This document shows, in pieces, positions 26,800 to 39,514 of a DNA stretch of 64,000 bases. The notes beneath the pieces were generated by a model. It saw only the letters and a program-made list of their open reading frames with translations, had not been told where the DNA came from and made no database searches. The position numbers were made by a program, and so were the translations under genes. Origin of the DNA: Eledone cirrhosa (Eukaryota); the NCBI GenBank assembly GCA_964016885.1, contig OZ024742.1:80724001-80788000 (forward strand), read 5' to 3'. How positions within the stretch are numbered: the first letter of the stretch is position 1; the number at the start of each line of letters is the position of its first letter.

Positions 26800-27722
26800 T
26801 ATGTTTATTTGTGTGCTTGTGTGTGTGTGTGTATGTGTGTGTGTATAGGAAGATGATTCTATTAGTAGAAATGGGGGACGGAGTTGTGTGTGTGTATGCG
26901 TGTTATGTGTGTGTGTGGGAGTGTGTTAAGATGGAGAGAATATATTTATTGCGTGTGTGTTTGTGTGTAGGAAAGTGATTCTATTAGTAGAAATGGGGGA
27001 GGGAGTTGTGTGTGTGTGTGTGGCGGTGATATGTGTATGTGTATGGGTGTTATGTGTGTGTGGGAGTATGGTTAGCATGTTCAGATGAAGAGAATATATT
27101 CTGTGTGTGTGTGTGTGTGTAGGAAAATGATTCCGTTAGTAGAAATATTTTTGAATGAACATATTTTCCTTATTTATTCGTATTTGTTCTGTTGTATTGT
27201 CAGCGGAAACGTATGCTAAGGTTTATTTAGTTCGGGTTTTTATTTTCTAAATTAGAATAAATAAGGAAAATATGTTTATTCACTAATATAGAGCAGCATT
27301 AAATATGGTTTAATATACATTATGTCAACACCATAACATGCTAACCATCCAAACAGACACATACACACACACATAACACATTCTACTTTAGAAAATAAAA
27401 ACCCGAACTAAATAAACCTTAACATACGTTTCCGCTGACAATACAACAGAACAAATACGAATAAATAAGGAAAATACGTTCATTCAAAAATATTTCTACT
27501 AACGGAATCATTTTCCTACACACACGCACACGCACACAACATATATATTCTATTCATCTGAACATGCTAACCATACGCCCACACATACATAACACCCATA
27601 CACACACACACAACACCCCCACCCCTCCACACACACACACAACTCCATCCCCCATTTATACTAATAGAATCATCTTCCTATACACACACACACACGCACA
27701 CAAGCACACACATAAACATACA
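26800..27722. repeat. Inverted repeat built from (TG)n-containing ~140-bp subunits
   Basis: The motif tagga..tgatt..attagtagaaat occurs three times. 27060-27250 is the reverse complement of ~27385-27600, and 26800-26900 of ~27630-27722. Confidence 0.75.
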
Positions 27723-28267
27723 TATCTCTACTTTCTTTATTTCAACAGAAAGTCTGAATTATGACACCCCAGCGAACCACCCATATTCACTGAACCAGAA
27801 GAATTCTCCCATTCCATTTCTCTTGACCATTATCTTTTGTTTGTCATAAAATTCTCTAAAAGGCTACAAAATAAATTCCCCAAAACGGGCGCGATTTTAA
27901 TGAACTTGTTCACGTGACAGTCAGATTTTAATTTATAAACAATCAAATTACATTTATAAAAAAAAAAAGCCTTCGTGAGCCCCCTTTTTTTAAAGTAAAA
28001 AGAAATTCAAACAAACTGACGCGAAAGCTGATGTGCTTATTCACGTGACTGCAGCAACCAACCAAAATTCACTCATATATGAAAAAACAGAGTCCCCACT
28101 CCCTTGTTTGAAGATTTGCTTATTTGTATGTGAGGGCCTACTATGATTATTTATCCTTATTTGTGTGTGTGCATTTGTATCTTTTTATATGTGACTACGT
28201 ATGCATGTGTGTATATAAGTGTGTATGTATGTGTGTGTGTATGTATGCATGTATGTATGTGTATGTG

Positions 28268-28326
<59 letters not shown>

Positions 28327-28343
28327 ATGTATATATATATATA

Positions 28344-28397
<54 letters not shown>

Positions 28398-28570
28398 TAT
28401 ATATACACATATATATATATATACGCTGGCACTACCAACGCTTGATTGGGTCTACTCCACCCCCTCCCCTCTTTCTCCTACTGGCAGGTTTAGCCACCAT
28501 CTCCCCTACTAATTTGCAGCCACAGAATTACTACTGATTTTTGACAATAACTTTGACCATATATGGAATT

Positions 28571-28664
28571 ACCCCTTGAGAACATCGGCTATTTAAATAC
28601 CAGGATAAATTTTCATTTAGTCCAGAATTAGCCGTCGAAACGGCTTGAGCTCAGCTGTCGGGGT
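28571..28664 (+). ncRNA. Type I hammerhead ribozyme, U3-A8 core variant with full stem III (PLE 3' fragment 28430-28678)
   Basis: ACCCC-TTGAGAA-catcggcta..tagccgtc-GAAA-CGGC(ttgagctca)GCTG-TC-GGGGT. A homolog lies at 45289-45385. Confidence 0.75.
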
Positions 28665-28676
28665 CTTACTGGTTCC

Positions 28677-28707
<31 letters not shown>

Positions 28708-28987
28708 TGGTATGTTTATGTATGGATATATATATAGATATATATGTATATGTGTGTGTATATGTGTCTCTGTGTATATATATATGTGTATATATGCGTG
28801 TATATATATATATATATATGCATGTGTGTATATGTGAGTGTGTGTGCATGTGTGTGTGTACGTGTGTACGTGTGTGTTGTTATATATTCTTATTTATTAT
28901 CCGCCCTTTTTTTTTCCTCCAGCCTCACTTTCATATCTGTTATATTTTTGTTTTTCAAATCCTCTGTCAATAAAGACACCAGGATTT

Positions 28988-29047
28988 TTTCATTCTGATG
29001 AATGAAAGCAATTTAGGTTGCTTTCAAGAAACAACTGGTAAATGAAA
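28988..29047 (+). ncRNA. Minimal type I hammerhead ribozyme (PLE pLTR fragment ~28890-29145)
   Basis: TTTCATT-CTGATGA-aTGAAAGCAA(tttagg)TTGCTTTCAa-GAAA-C(aactg)G-TA-AATGAAA, with a 7-bp stem I and 9-bp stem II. Confidence 0.85.
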
Positions 29048-29154
29048 TAATTATCTTATGTTGTTTATTACATAACTAATAAGCTCTGTAACTTACATAG
29101 AGCACTCTTTTTTCCTGGACCTTTCCGATGGAATTACTTCGTATATATATTATT

Positions 29155-29265
29155 TAATCCCGCCGAGGTTAACTTTGCCTTTCATCCTTACAGGGTCGAT
29201 AAAATAAAGTACCAGTAATACACTGGATAATTTCTGGCCTTGTGCCAAAAGTAGAAACAATTATT
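29155..29265 (+). mobile_element. 5'-truncated SINE family A
   Basis: Near-identical to 22505-22612. Confidence 0.85.
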
Positions 29266-29324
29266 TATTTGTGCATATGTATGTACGTAAGTATATGTAT
29301 GTATATATATATATATATATTCAT

Positions 29325-32300
29325 ATAATGGAAACATTTGAACAGGAACAAAACAGAGAGGCAGTACAACGAATGTTTATTAATTTCACGCTCTGGAGAG
29401 TGGGGTGGTGGTGGGGAAAGACGTTTCGGGCATAAGCCCTTCCTCAGGAGAGAAGTGTGTGGGAACAGAGTTCAAAGGGTGTGTAGGGGAGTGGTGGAGA
29501 GACATATAGCGAAAGGAAACGGTGCGAATGAAATTAAATATAAAAATAAAAATAAAAATAAAGCATGATCAAAATACAAGGAATGAAATAAAATTAAATA
29601 TAAAAGCATGATCAAAATAAACTGAAAATAAAAGGGGGTAAAACAGGTGGTGGAAGGGTGCAGGGTGTGTAGGGGTGGTGGTGGGTGGAGTGGGGAGAGG
29701 GAGACGGGTGTCCAAGTGGGGAGGGCTGAAGGTGGTGTGTGTGTGTATGTGTAAGGTGTGTGTGTGTGTGTATGTGTAAGGTGTGTGTGTGTGTGTATGT
29801 GTAAGGTGTGTGTGTGTGTGTGTGTGTATGTGAAAGTAAGGGTTGGGGGAAGAACGGGGTTGCATGTTCAGGAAGAGGTGTGTGTGGCTGGTTGGGGGTT
29901 GTAGGTCGGAGTGTATGTGCGTGTGTGGATAGAGGGGTGGGGGAGAGGAATCAGGAGGCTGAGGGTGAAAATATGTGGTGGAAAGCACGTGTGTGGGGGG
30001 TTTAAGCGTTTTGTTAGTGTAGGTGGCGTGTGGAGAAAACATGTTTGGGGGTGTATGTGTGGGTGAGTTATATAGGTTATTCCGTAAGAGGATGGTTGAA
30101 AAGTTGGTAAATTCCTAGGATGTTTAGGGGATTCTGTGGTGGTCAAGTTCTGCATACGAGTATTCCATGAAGAGATGGTCGGAAGAGCAGAGATGTGGGG
30201 TGCGCGCGCAACAGGAAGTGGTCAAGCAGTGGGAGTGCTGTGTGTCTGTTTGTGCTGGGAGGTGGTCAGAGGGCATAGCAGAAGTCGGTGGAATGGTAAA
30301 GGGGCGAGGATGGGTAGGTATGAAAGTTGGAGTGAGGAGGGTGTGTGTGTGTGTATTAGTAGAGATGTTAGTGGGATGAGTGAGTGTGGAGCGAGGGTGT
30401 GGGTGGAGCGGGGAGAGAAGGGTGTGTGTAGTTCTATGGAGGGAGTGTGGTGTACTGGTGTGTGTGTAGTTTGATGAAGGGGTGTTAGTGGGTTTTAGTA
30501 TACGGGAGGTGGGGAAGGGTTGAATGCAGGTGTGAGTGGGGGTTAGTGGTGGTAGGGTGTCTAGAGTTGGTGGTGTACGAGGGTGTGTGGGTACGTGTGC
30601 GTGGGGTTGAGGGTGTTAGTGATGTTAGTTGCGTGTGGGGTGGGTGGTGTAAGTGGATGCGTGGGTTCGTGTGCTTGGCGTCAGGGGGTGTTAGTGAGGT
30701 TAGTTGCGGGGTGGTGGGATGGAGGTGTGGGGGTGAGGGTTAGTGGTGGTAGTAGGGTGTGTGTTTAGTGTGAGCGTGTGTATATATGTGCCGGTGGGTG
30801 TGTGCGTGTTATAAGGAGGGGGGAGCAGGAGAAGAAGGGAGGGATGTTAGTATGTTAGTTGGGGAAGGGTGGTCGGATGAGGGGTGGAGTGGAGGTGTTA
30901 GTATTGTTAGTTGTTGGGTTGGCGCTGAAAAGAAGGGGTGTGTTAGTGGTGTTATTGGGGGATAAGTGTGGGGGGAGTGGGGCGGTCGAAGGCTAAAGGA
31001 ATAAGGGTGGGGAGTTCAGGCCGGGGGGAGTGTGGGTCTGTAAGATGAAGATAGTTCTTTGTTCGTTTCTAAGGCGATTGGCGGGTGTTCCGTGGCATTG
31101 GAGTAGGCCACAGACTGTGAGATGGCTTGCGGAATGTCCAGAGCCACCAAAGTGGCGGGCGATGGGGGAACTACCTACGAGACGATTATCCCGGAGGTGC
31201 TCAGTGAATCGGTCCGCCAGGCGACGTCCCGTCTGTCCGACATAAGTCGCGCTGCACGGTTGGAGGAGGTGCAGCGGAAGGCATGCCGGACAGAGAGAGA
31301 GTGGCCGTTGGGATCCTGGAAGGTGGTGGTGTTGGTGATGTCGGGACAGGTGTTGCAGCGGGGCCTAGAACAGGGAAAGGAACTGGGGGGGACATAGCGT
31401 TGGTTGGGGGGGATGAGCGTGGGTTGGGGGGTAGGAAGTTGTGGACGAGGAGGGTGCGGAGATTGCGTGCGCGTTTCAAGGAGGGGAGTGGTTGGGTTTG
31501 GAATATGTGGGAGGTGGAGGGGTCGGACTGGAGGCGTCGGAAGTGTCGGCGGATGGTGCGGTGGAGGTGTAAGTGAAGGGGGTGTTAGGTGATGTGGAAG
31601 GGGAGACGGTTGGTGGGTGTGCGGTTGCGTGGGGTGAGGGTGGTGGAGCGGGGGACAGCACGGGCGCGGGTGAGAGCGGTGTGGACGAGAGGGGGGGGTA
31701 ACCTCTGCGGATGAAATGGCTGACTAGGGAAAGGGCCTGGGACACGAAGTCAGCATCTCGGCTACAGAGGCGGCGGATCCTGAGAAGTTGGGAGTAGGAA
31801 ATGGAGTGTTTAGTGTGGGTGGGGTGGGAAGAGGTGAAGTCGAGGTAAGAGTGGGAGTCGGTGGGTTTGAAGAAGGCGGAGGTGACGAGGGAGTGTTGGG
31901 AGGGGTCGAAGGCGACGGAGATGTCTAAGAAGTGGACGTGGGTGGTGGAGATAGAGGTGGTGAAGTGGAGGGAGGGTGGAAGGAGCAGATGAAGGAGAGA
32001 AAGGAGTCGAGCTGTTCTCGGGTGAGGGTCGTGGTTCCGATATAGTCGTCAATGTAACGACCGTACAGTTCGGGCGTGGGGCCGGTGTACTGGACAAAGA
32101 TTTGGGCCTCAACATGGCCAACAAAAAGGTTGGCATAGTTCGGGCCCATTCTTGTACCCATGGCTACCCCCGTGACCTGTTGGTAAAACTCACCTGAGAA
32201 GGAGAAACAATTGAGGGTGAGGACCAGCTCGGCGAGGCGAAGGAGGGTGGGGCGGAGGGAATGGGGGAGGGGCGAAGGTCGAGGTAGTGTTTGAGGGCGC

Positions 32301-34073
32301 GTAGGCCGTCGGCGTGGGGGATGGCGGTATAGAGGGACTTGATGTGTAGGGTGAAGAGGAAGAGCTGTGGGCCGGGTGGGTAGGTGAAGGAGTCGAAAAG
32401 GCGCAGGGCGTGGTTGGTGTCGGAGATGTGGGAGGGGAGGGTGGTGACAAGGGGGCCGAGGATGGAGTCGAGAAAGGCGGAGATGAGTTCGGTGGGGCAG
32501 TTGCAAGCGGAGACGATGGGGCGGCCGGGGTTGTCGGGTTTGTGGAGTTTGGGGAGGAAGTAGATGGTGGGTGTGCGGGGGGTGCGGACGATGAGGTGGG
32601 AAGCGGTGTGGGAGAGGAGGGAGGAGGCGATAAAGTATTTGATGGTGGAGGAGACTTGTTGTTGGTAAAGGGGGGTGGGATCGGAGGGTAGAGGGCGGTA
32701 GAATAGGTGGTACCAGAGCTGCCTGAGGGCATCGGCCGTGTAGAGGTCCGCGCGCACACCACTACGGCGCCTCCCTTGTCCGCCGGTTTGATGACGATGT
32801 CATCTCGGCTACGGAGGGAGCGGAGAGCGAGGAGTTCGCCCCGTGGGATAATGTACCGTTTGGAACGGTGGCGGAAGTCGAAACGATTTACTGCGGTACG
32901 GCTGGCATCGACGAAGGCGTCCAGGGTGCTAAATTGCCCTGGGGCCGGCGTCTAAGAAGATGGCCGTTGGCCCAGGGCCAGAAACGGGTATGGGGCGTCC
33001 GGAGCCGGTGGCGTTCGGCCGAAATCTGCCTGTAGCTTGGTGCGTCGCACGAATCGCTCGACTTCCGTTCGGGTGCGGAACTCGTCGCTGTGCGGAGTGT
33101 GGGGTATGAAGCGAAGGCCTCTACTAAGGAGTGAGCGCTCAGGTGCGGAGAGGGGTCAGGTCAGGGGGTATGGTGACAACAAGTGGTGGGGTTTGGGGGT
33201 TTGGGGAGGGAAGGGAGGGTGTGGTGAGGGGTGAGGGGGGTGGAGATTGTGTAGGGGTGTGGGTCGAGAAGAGGTGGAGAGTGGTGGACGTATGGGGATG
33301 GGCTGGTGGTGGTGGATGGGGGTGGTTGGGAGGAGTGAGTATAGGTTGCGGGCTTTGGTGGAGCTGAGGAAGGAGAAGAGGTTGTGGTTGAGGTTTTGGA
33401 TGAAGGAGAGGATGGCTTGGGCGAGGAGGGAGTGGCAGGTGGAGTTAAGGCGGAGGAGGGTGGGGATCAGTTGGTGGTCAAGTTGGCGGAGGGTGGAACA
33501 GGAGGCGCGGCTGGAGTTGCGCATCAGGAGGCGTGAGGTTCGGGTGAGGATAAGTTGCGTGGAGGGGGAAGCGGCGGGGGAAGGGTGGAAGTGTAGACGG
33601 AAGCTGAGGGGGATAAGGTGGAGGTGGAGGCAGTGGCTGAGGAAATGAATGTGGTGGAGTGCCGGGTTTTGGCGAAGAGAATGTAGGAGAGTTGGAGGGC
33701 AGAGGGGAGATAGCAGGGTGGGAGGAGGGGGGTGAGGAAAAGTTTGAGGCGATTATGTAGTTGGTGGAGAAAGGATCTCAGGCTGGGCATGGTGGGCGTT
33801 GGGTGCTAGCAGGGGAGGGATGAGAAGGCAGGGGTGTGAAGCGGGGTGGAATGAACGAAGGAGTGAGTGCGAAGAATAGGCAGAGATGAGGAAGGGAAAA
33901 GGAAACAGAAAAACGTAGTGAGGGGGGAGTATACACAGGAACATTAAAGACAAAAAATCATAAAGAAAGATAAAAACACAGGCAATCGTGAACAAAAAAT
34001 CATAGAAATGAAATTGTAAGAACACAGGCAAAGAATTATATACGGAAATAAACAAGTACAGTAACAAAATCAA
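29325..34073 (-). mobile_element. Near full-length Penelope-like retroelement (frameshifted), strongly C-rich sense strand
   Basis: ORF remnants span 33790 to 30993, followed by a long CA/C-rich 3' region. An HHR-like CTGAGGA-agggcttatgccc-GAAAcGTC lies at 29414-29452, and the 3' end abuts (TA)n. Confidence 0.9.
30993..33790 (-). pseudogene. PLE RT plus GIY-YIG endonuclease polyprotein, several frameshifts
   Basis: Motifs in order: LLSRGLRFIP, DIVIKPADKGGAVVV, IYFLPKLHKPDNPGRPIVS, GVAMGTRMGPNYANLFV, RYIDD, KPTDSHSYLDFTSSHP, RGYP, TYVGQTGRRLADRFTEH, IARHF, PPGLN. Confidence 0.92.
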
Positions 34074-34074
34074 A

Positions 34075-35275
34075 CGCTGCCTGTCATCCCCAAATGGACA
34101 AGAGCTGATGAAGTGCGGGCCTGTCTTAAGTCGTCCATGTTGTGGCTCCAGGTGAATAGTTTGTACCTAAGCACAAATATGCGTGCTCATTTGCATGGTG
34201 ACAACATGTCTGCAGCACAGAACATTTTAGTACTTGGTGAGGGCAAGATCCCTGCGGATGACAAGGGCAGCAAAGCAATCGACACCCTGTGCAACATTGT
34301 GAGCAGCCCTTCTGAACTTTGGGAAGCAGTTTTTCCTAATGTCTCATCTAACTTTAAAAACCTCGATTGGCTCAGCCAAAGAGCCATCCTTGCTCCGAAA
34401 AATACCATGGTTAATTTTATTAACGAGCAGTTGATTGACAGATTCCCGGTAAAGAGCACATCTTCAAATCAGACCCCGACGATATCGTTAATTATCCGGT
34501 TGAGTTATTAAATCTCCTTGAGCCCCCAGGGCTCCCACCTCACATTATTAAGCTTAGGGTTGGCTGTCCCATTATGCTAATAAGGAACTTGCGTCCACAG
34601 CAGTGCAACGGTACTCGCATGGTCGTCAAGTCACTGATACACACTTGATCGAGGCCACCATTGTAACGGTATGCGGAAGAAGGGAGAATGTTTTCATTCC
34701 AAGGATGAACCTTTTCCCCTCGGCGTCAGATATCCCGTTCGATTTCCGACGATCCCAATTCCCGGTGAGACCTTGTTTTGTCATGTCCATTAACAAGTCA
34801 CAAGGGCAAACATTGTCGGTGGCGGGCATCTATTTGGAGGAGCCATGCTTCTCCCATGGCCAACTTTATGTTGCCTGTTCCCGCGCAGGGAGCAGGAATG
34901 GACATTGTGCTTACTCTCATCAAGGGATGACACGCAATATCGTCTACAAAGAGGTGCTATAGATGTTGGTGCAGGTGTTGGAGCTATGCCGACTGGAACA
35001 CTATTTCCTGGTAGGGTATCCCATGGCGGACAGATCTGACACCCAGCGGCATCAGAGCCACCATCTTGTAACTTTGGTCTACTAAATTCGCTATTGGAGG
35101 ATTATTAACCCATCATTGATTGACCAAAATGGTAATTGGTTCGTAACTTTTAATAACCGGTTCAACTGCTTTATGCACTTAATTGATAAGCTTATTCGCT
35201 TTCAAACCACGTTTACCTGTATGTAACTTTTCATAGCAAATGATCAAACCGGAGCAACGCCGGGCTAAACTGCTA

Positions 35276-35276
<1 letters not shown>
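34075..35276 (+). mobile_element. Autonomous-type Helitron 3' part: PIF1-like helicase remnant plus 3' terminus
   Basis: [92 protein letters not shown] (frameshifted). Ends with hairpin ccggagcaacgccgg and CTAG|T at 35276. Confidence 0.92.
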
Positions 35277-35325
<49 letters not shown>

Positions 35326-35358
35326 ATACGTGTGCACATGTATGTATGCGTATGCGTA

Positions 35359-35402
<44 letters not shown>

Positions 35403-35520
35403 CGTGTGTATATATGTGTGTATATGTGTACGTATGAATATATATATATAGATATATATATATACCTGAATATATATATGTATGTGTGTGTATGTTTGAG
35501 AGCGTGCGTGTGCGTGCATG

Positions 35521-35560
<40 letters not shown>

Positions 35561-35784
35561 CTTTTTGGGATATATGTGTCTGTAAGTGTGTTAGTGTGTA
35601 CATGTGTATTTACTTATATTTATATATCTATGTGTGTATATATGTGTGTATTTGTATGTGTATGTGTGTATATATTGTATATATGTTTATACATATATGT
35701 ATATGTATGCACTCTGTATCTATATGTGTGTATATGTATATGTGTATGTATGTGTATTTATATGTATATATAACAGTCGATTGA

Positions 35785-35987
35785 ATTTCGTCAATTCGGA
35801 CCGAGGAAACAATGTTTCCATTGGTCTTTCCAATTGCTAATACTATATATCGGTCGCAACTCCAGGTAGATGGGTCAACGTGACACAAAGTGTCTTCCCA
35901 AGGACATAACGCATCGCCCGGTCCAGGAATCGAACTCATGACCTCACGATTGAGAGTTCAATTCTCTTACCACTCAGCCACGCGCCT
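35785..35987 (-). mobile_element. tRNA-derived SINE family B
   Basis: Reverse complement of 63311-63515, with A-box tggctgagtgg, B-box gagttcgattcc and a CORE-like gtccttgg..aagacacttt segment. Confidence 0.85.
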
Positions 35988-36070
35988 ACACATATGTATA
36001 TATATATATACGTGTGTGTGTGCGTGTGTGTGTATATATATGGATATGCGTGTGTATATATATATATAAG

Positions 36071-36136
<66 letters not shown>

Positions 36137-36284
36137 GATAAATCTACAAAAATATACGGTAGTGTCCAATCCGTATGAAGAACTCAATGTATTCCAAATA
36201 TCATGAAAAGAGAAGATGTATTCAAAATTCTTTCGATGAAAAACACAGGAAAACAGAGTCAAGATAATAATATAGATTAATAAC

Positions 36285-37570
36285 ATAGTATATACATGTA
36301 AAATTGGCACTAAGGACTCAACTTATTCATATATAGGAGCTACTTCTAACCAATTTAAAGTAAGATTTAATACCCACAAACAGTTTTAAAAATGCCGCAT
36401 TAGCTAATACAATATCCTTAGCTGAAATAATTAATAATTATAGAAAAAATAATATCGATTATAACTTGACCCAGAGTGTGCTCAAAAGGGCCACCCCTCA
36501 TCAAAATAATAGATATGAAGGTAGATTATATTCCCAGGAACTTTTTGAAATAATGAAATCTAAGGATATCCTATTAAATAAGCGACAATAATTAATTATA
36601 TCATGCAATCATAGAATTAGAAAAACTTTCAAATATTATAAACCTAATTAATATACACTTATATTTTACAAATTATTATAATTAATCTTTTTAAATTAGT
36701 TAACCTATAATTAATATTCTACTACTAAGAACTGCATAATTTTATTTCCCTTTTACAGCTATCTTTTCCTAAAATTTATACCAATAAGTATACATATAAA
36801 CTATTTTAATTTCCTGTTAGGAATCTAAATTCCTTTTAATCCATATATGTTTGTTATTTCTCACTAATACATGTCCCCCCCCCCCCCCCCCCCCGATTTT
36901 TTTTCCTTCGTTTTTAACAACATTCTTTAATAACATCTAACTCTTATTTATCATATCTATATGAATTAATATAAATTTATCACTATAAATATACCTATCA
37001 ATTAAATTAACTTAATTTCTTTTTATAGATCTATATTCCTTATGTTTTAAATAAGATTGATATTTTTCTCTAAAACATTTATAGCAAAAAAAATTGTTAT
37101 CCTTAGATTTTAACATTAGCATTATTCTTTAATAGCATCAAATGTTCGTGTACTTTCACCGGCTTGACCTATTTTCATCCCCAAAGTAATCTTTTCATTC
37201 AAAATACTTTTTCCATTAAAAACTGAAGTCTGCATTCCTCTACCCCTAAATTAAATTTCTACTACTACTCTTCTATCAACATGACCACTTACTACTTTTC
37301 TATTGGTCAATTCAAAACCTGTTCCAAACAGACCTATTATATTTAATCTTTGTTGGTTTTTTCAATAAACAAATATCATTGTTTCTGAAGACAGCATAAA
37401 TATGTGTAGGTATGTATATTCCCTCTGATAGTTTGTAAAACATTTACATAGATATATATGATATACATACCAACACACACATATATATCCTAGAAACGAT
37501 CATAAAATGAAGAATATTTTAATATAAGGAACTGTTTCTTTGTTTTTATTCATTATTTTTATTAATTTAT
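36285..37570 (+). mobile_element. 5'-truncated PLE: GIY-YIG remnant, 3' UTR and HHR
   Basis: IVYTCKI..SYIGATSNQFKVRFNTHK..LLNKRQLIISCNH at 36285-36651. CTGAAGA (37385) ..GAAAcgatcATAaaatg (37493) precedes (TA)n. Confidence 0.75.
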
Positions 37571-37851
37571 ATATATATATATATACAGCGATTCTTTGCT
37601 TAAACTTTAATCTGTTATTTTAATAGATATATATATATACATATACATATACATGCATACACATGCACGTATACACACATATACATACAGAGTGCCCACA
37701 TATACATATATATACATATATATATATATATAAACATACATACAATATATACATACATACCCATACAGATACACACATATATACACACATACAAATATAA
37801 ATATAAGTAAATACACAAGTACACACAAACACACATATAGACACATATATC

Positions 37852-37939
<88 letters not shown>

Positions 37940-37940
<1 letters not shown>

Positions 37941-38860
37941 TGTTATAGTTTGGGAGGGTCATGTTGCCAATAAGAAACACACGCACCAGAAAGTTTTACT
38001 GCAATTTATTATAAATTAAATTTATAAATTTAAGCCTTTATAAATTTCCGGCTGGTTGGTTCCACAACCGGACGGTTGGTCATATATTCTCAAAGTTCTT
38101 TCGTTACACATTCTGTGACCACATCAGTGACTGGGGATTCTTTTCTTTGTTTTGTGCATCTCCTTTGTTCTGTCCTACGACATCTTGTTTTTGTGTGTGT
38201 TGTGTGATTAGTTGCGCATGTGTTACATCCGGGTGTATGTGTGTGTTTTTATTTGTTTATTTATTTGTTTAGTTACATGTTACTGGTGGTTGTTTGTTCT
38301 ATGTGTGTGTGTGTTTTCATGTTGTCCTTAATTGTAAGTTGTGATGTTGCTATTCCATTCATGTCTTCTATTTAATTTTGGTTGGAGTTCATTTGTGTTT
38401 ATTGCCTCTGTGATTTGTCTAAACATTCCGTCTTTTCTGTGTGTAGATTCTATTTTTATTTCTATGTTCCCTAATTTGCCCTTATGATCTATTTTAGAAT
38501 GTTGGTGGATTATTGATGATTCGTTTTTATTTTGAAGCTCTCGCCAGTGTGTTCATTTAACCGTTCTCCTTTACTATGAGGTGTCTCACCTATGTTCACT
38601 ATATTCTTATCTCTACATTGCCATTCAGTACATCTTATGCTATATACTACATTTCTAGTTTTACAGTTAATATGGGGGCTTAGTTTACAGATTATGCATT
38701 TCTTATCTATACAGGGATGTCATTGAAATGTGTATGTATTGCTAATAACTGTTTTTAAGGAGGTACCTGGTCTTTCTACTATCTTAATATCAAGTTTAAC
38801 TTTATCTAGGGCCCTTCTAAATTTGTAAGCTAATTCACCTTTAGGTGTTAAAGAATGTTG
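37940..38860 (-). mobile_element. 5'-truncated PLE: GIY-YIG remnant plus decayed HHR
   Basis: Minus strand reads IKIVERPGTSLK..CIICK..NCKTRNVVYSIRC..NIGET..RLNEH. A gtca-CTGATGT..GAAA..TA-tgac motif lies at 38079-38131. Confidence 0.7.
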
Positions 38861-38879
38861 CTAAACAAATTCAGAAACG

Positions 38880-38915
<36 letters not shown>

Positions 38916-38934
38916 CGTTTCTGAATTTGTATTT

Positions 38935-39497
<563 letters not shown>

Positions 39498-39514
39498 CAC
39501 ATACATATGAATAT

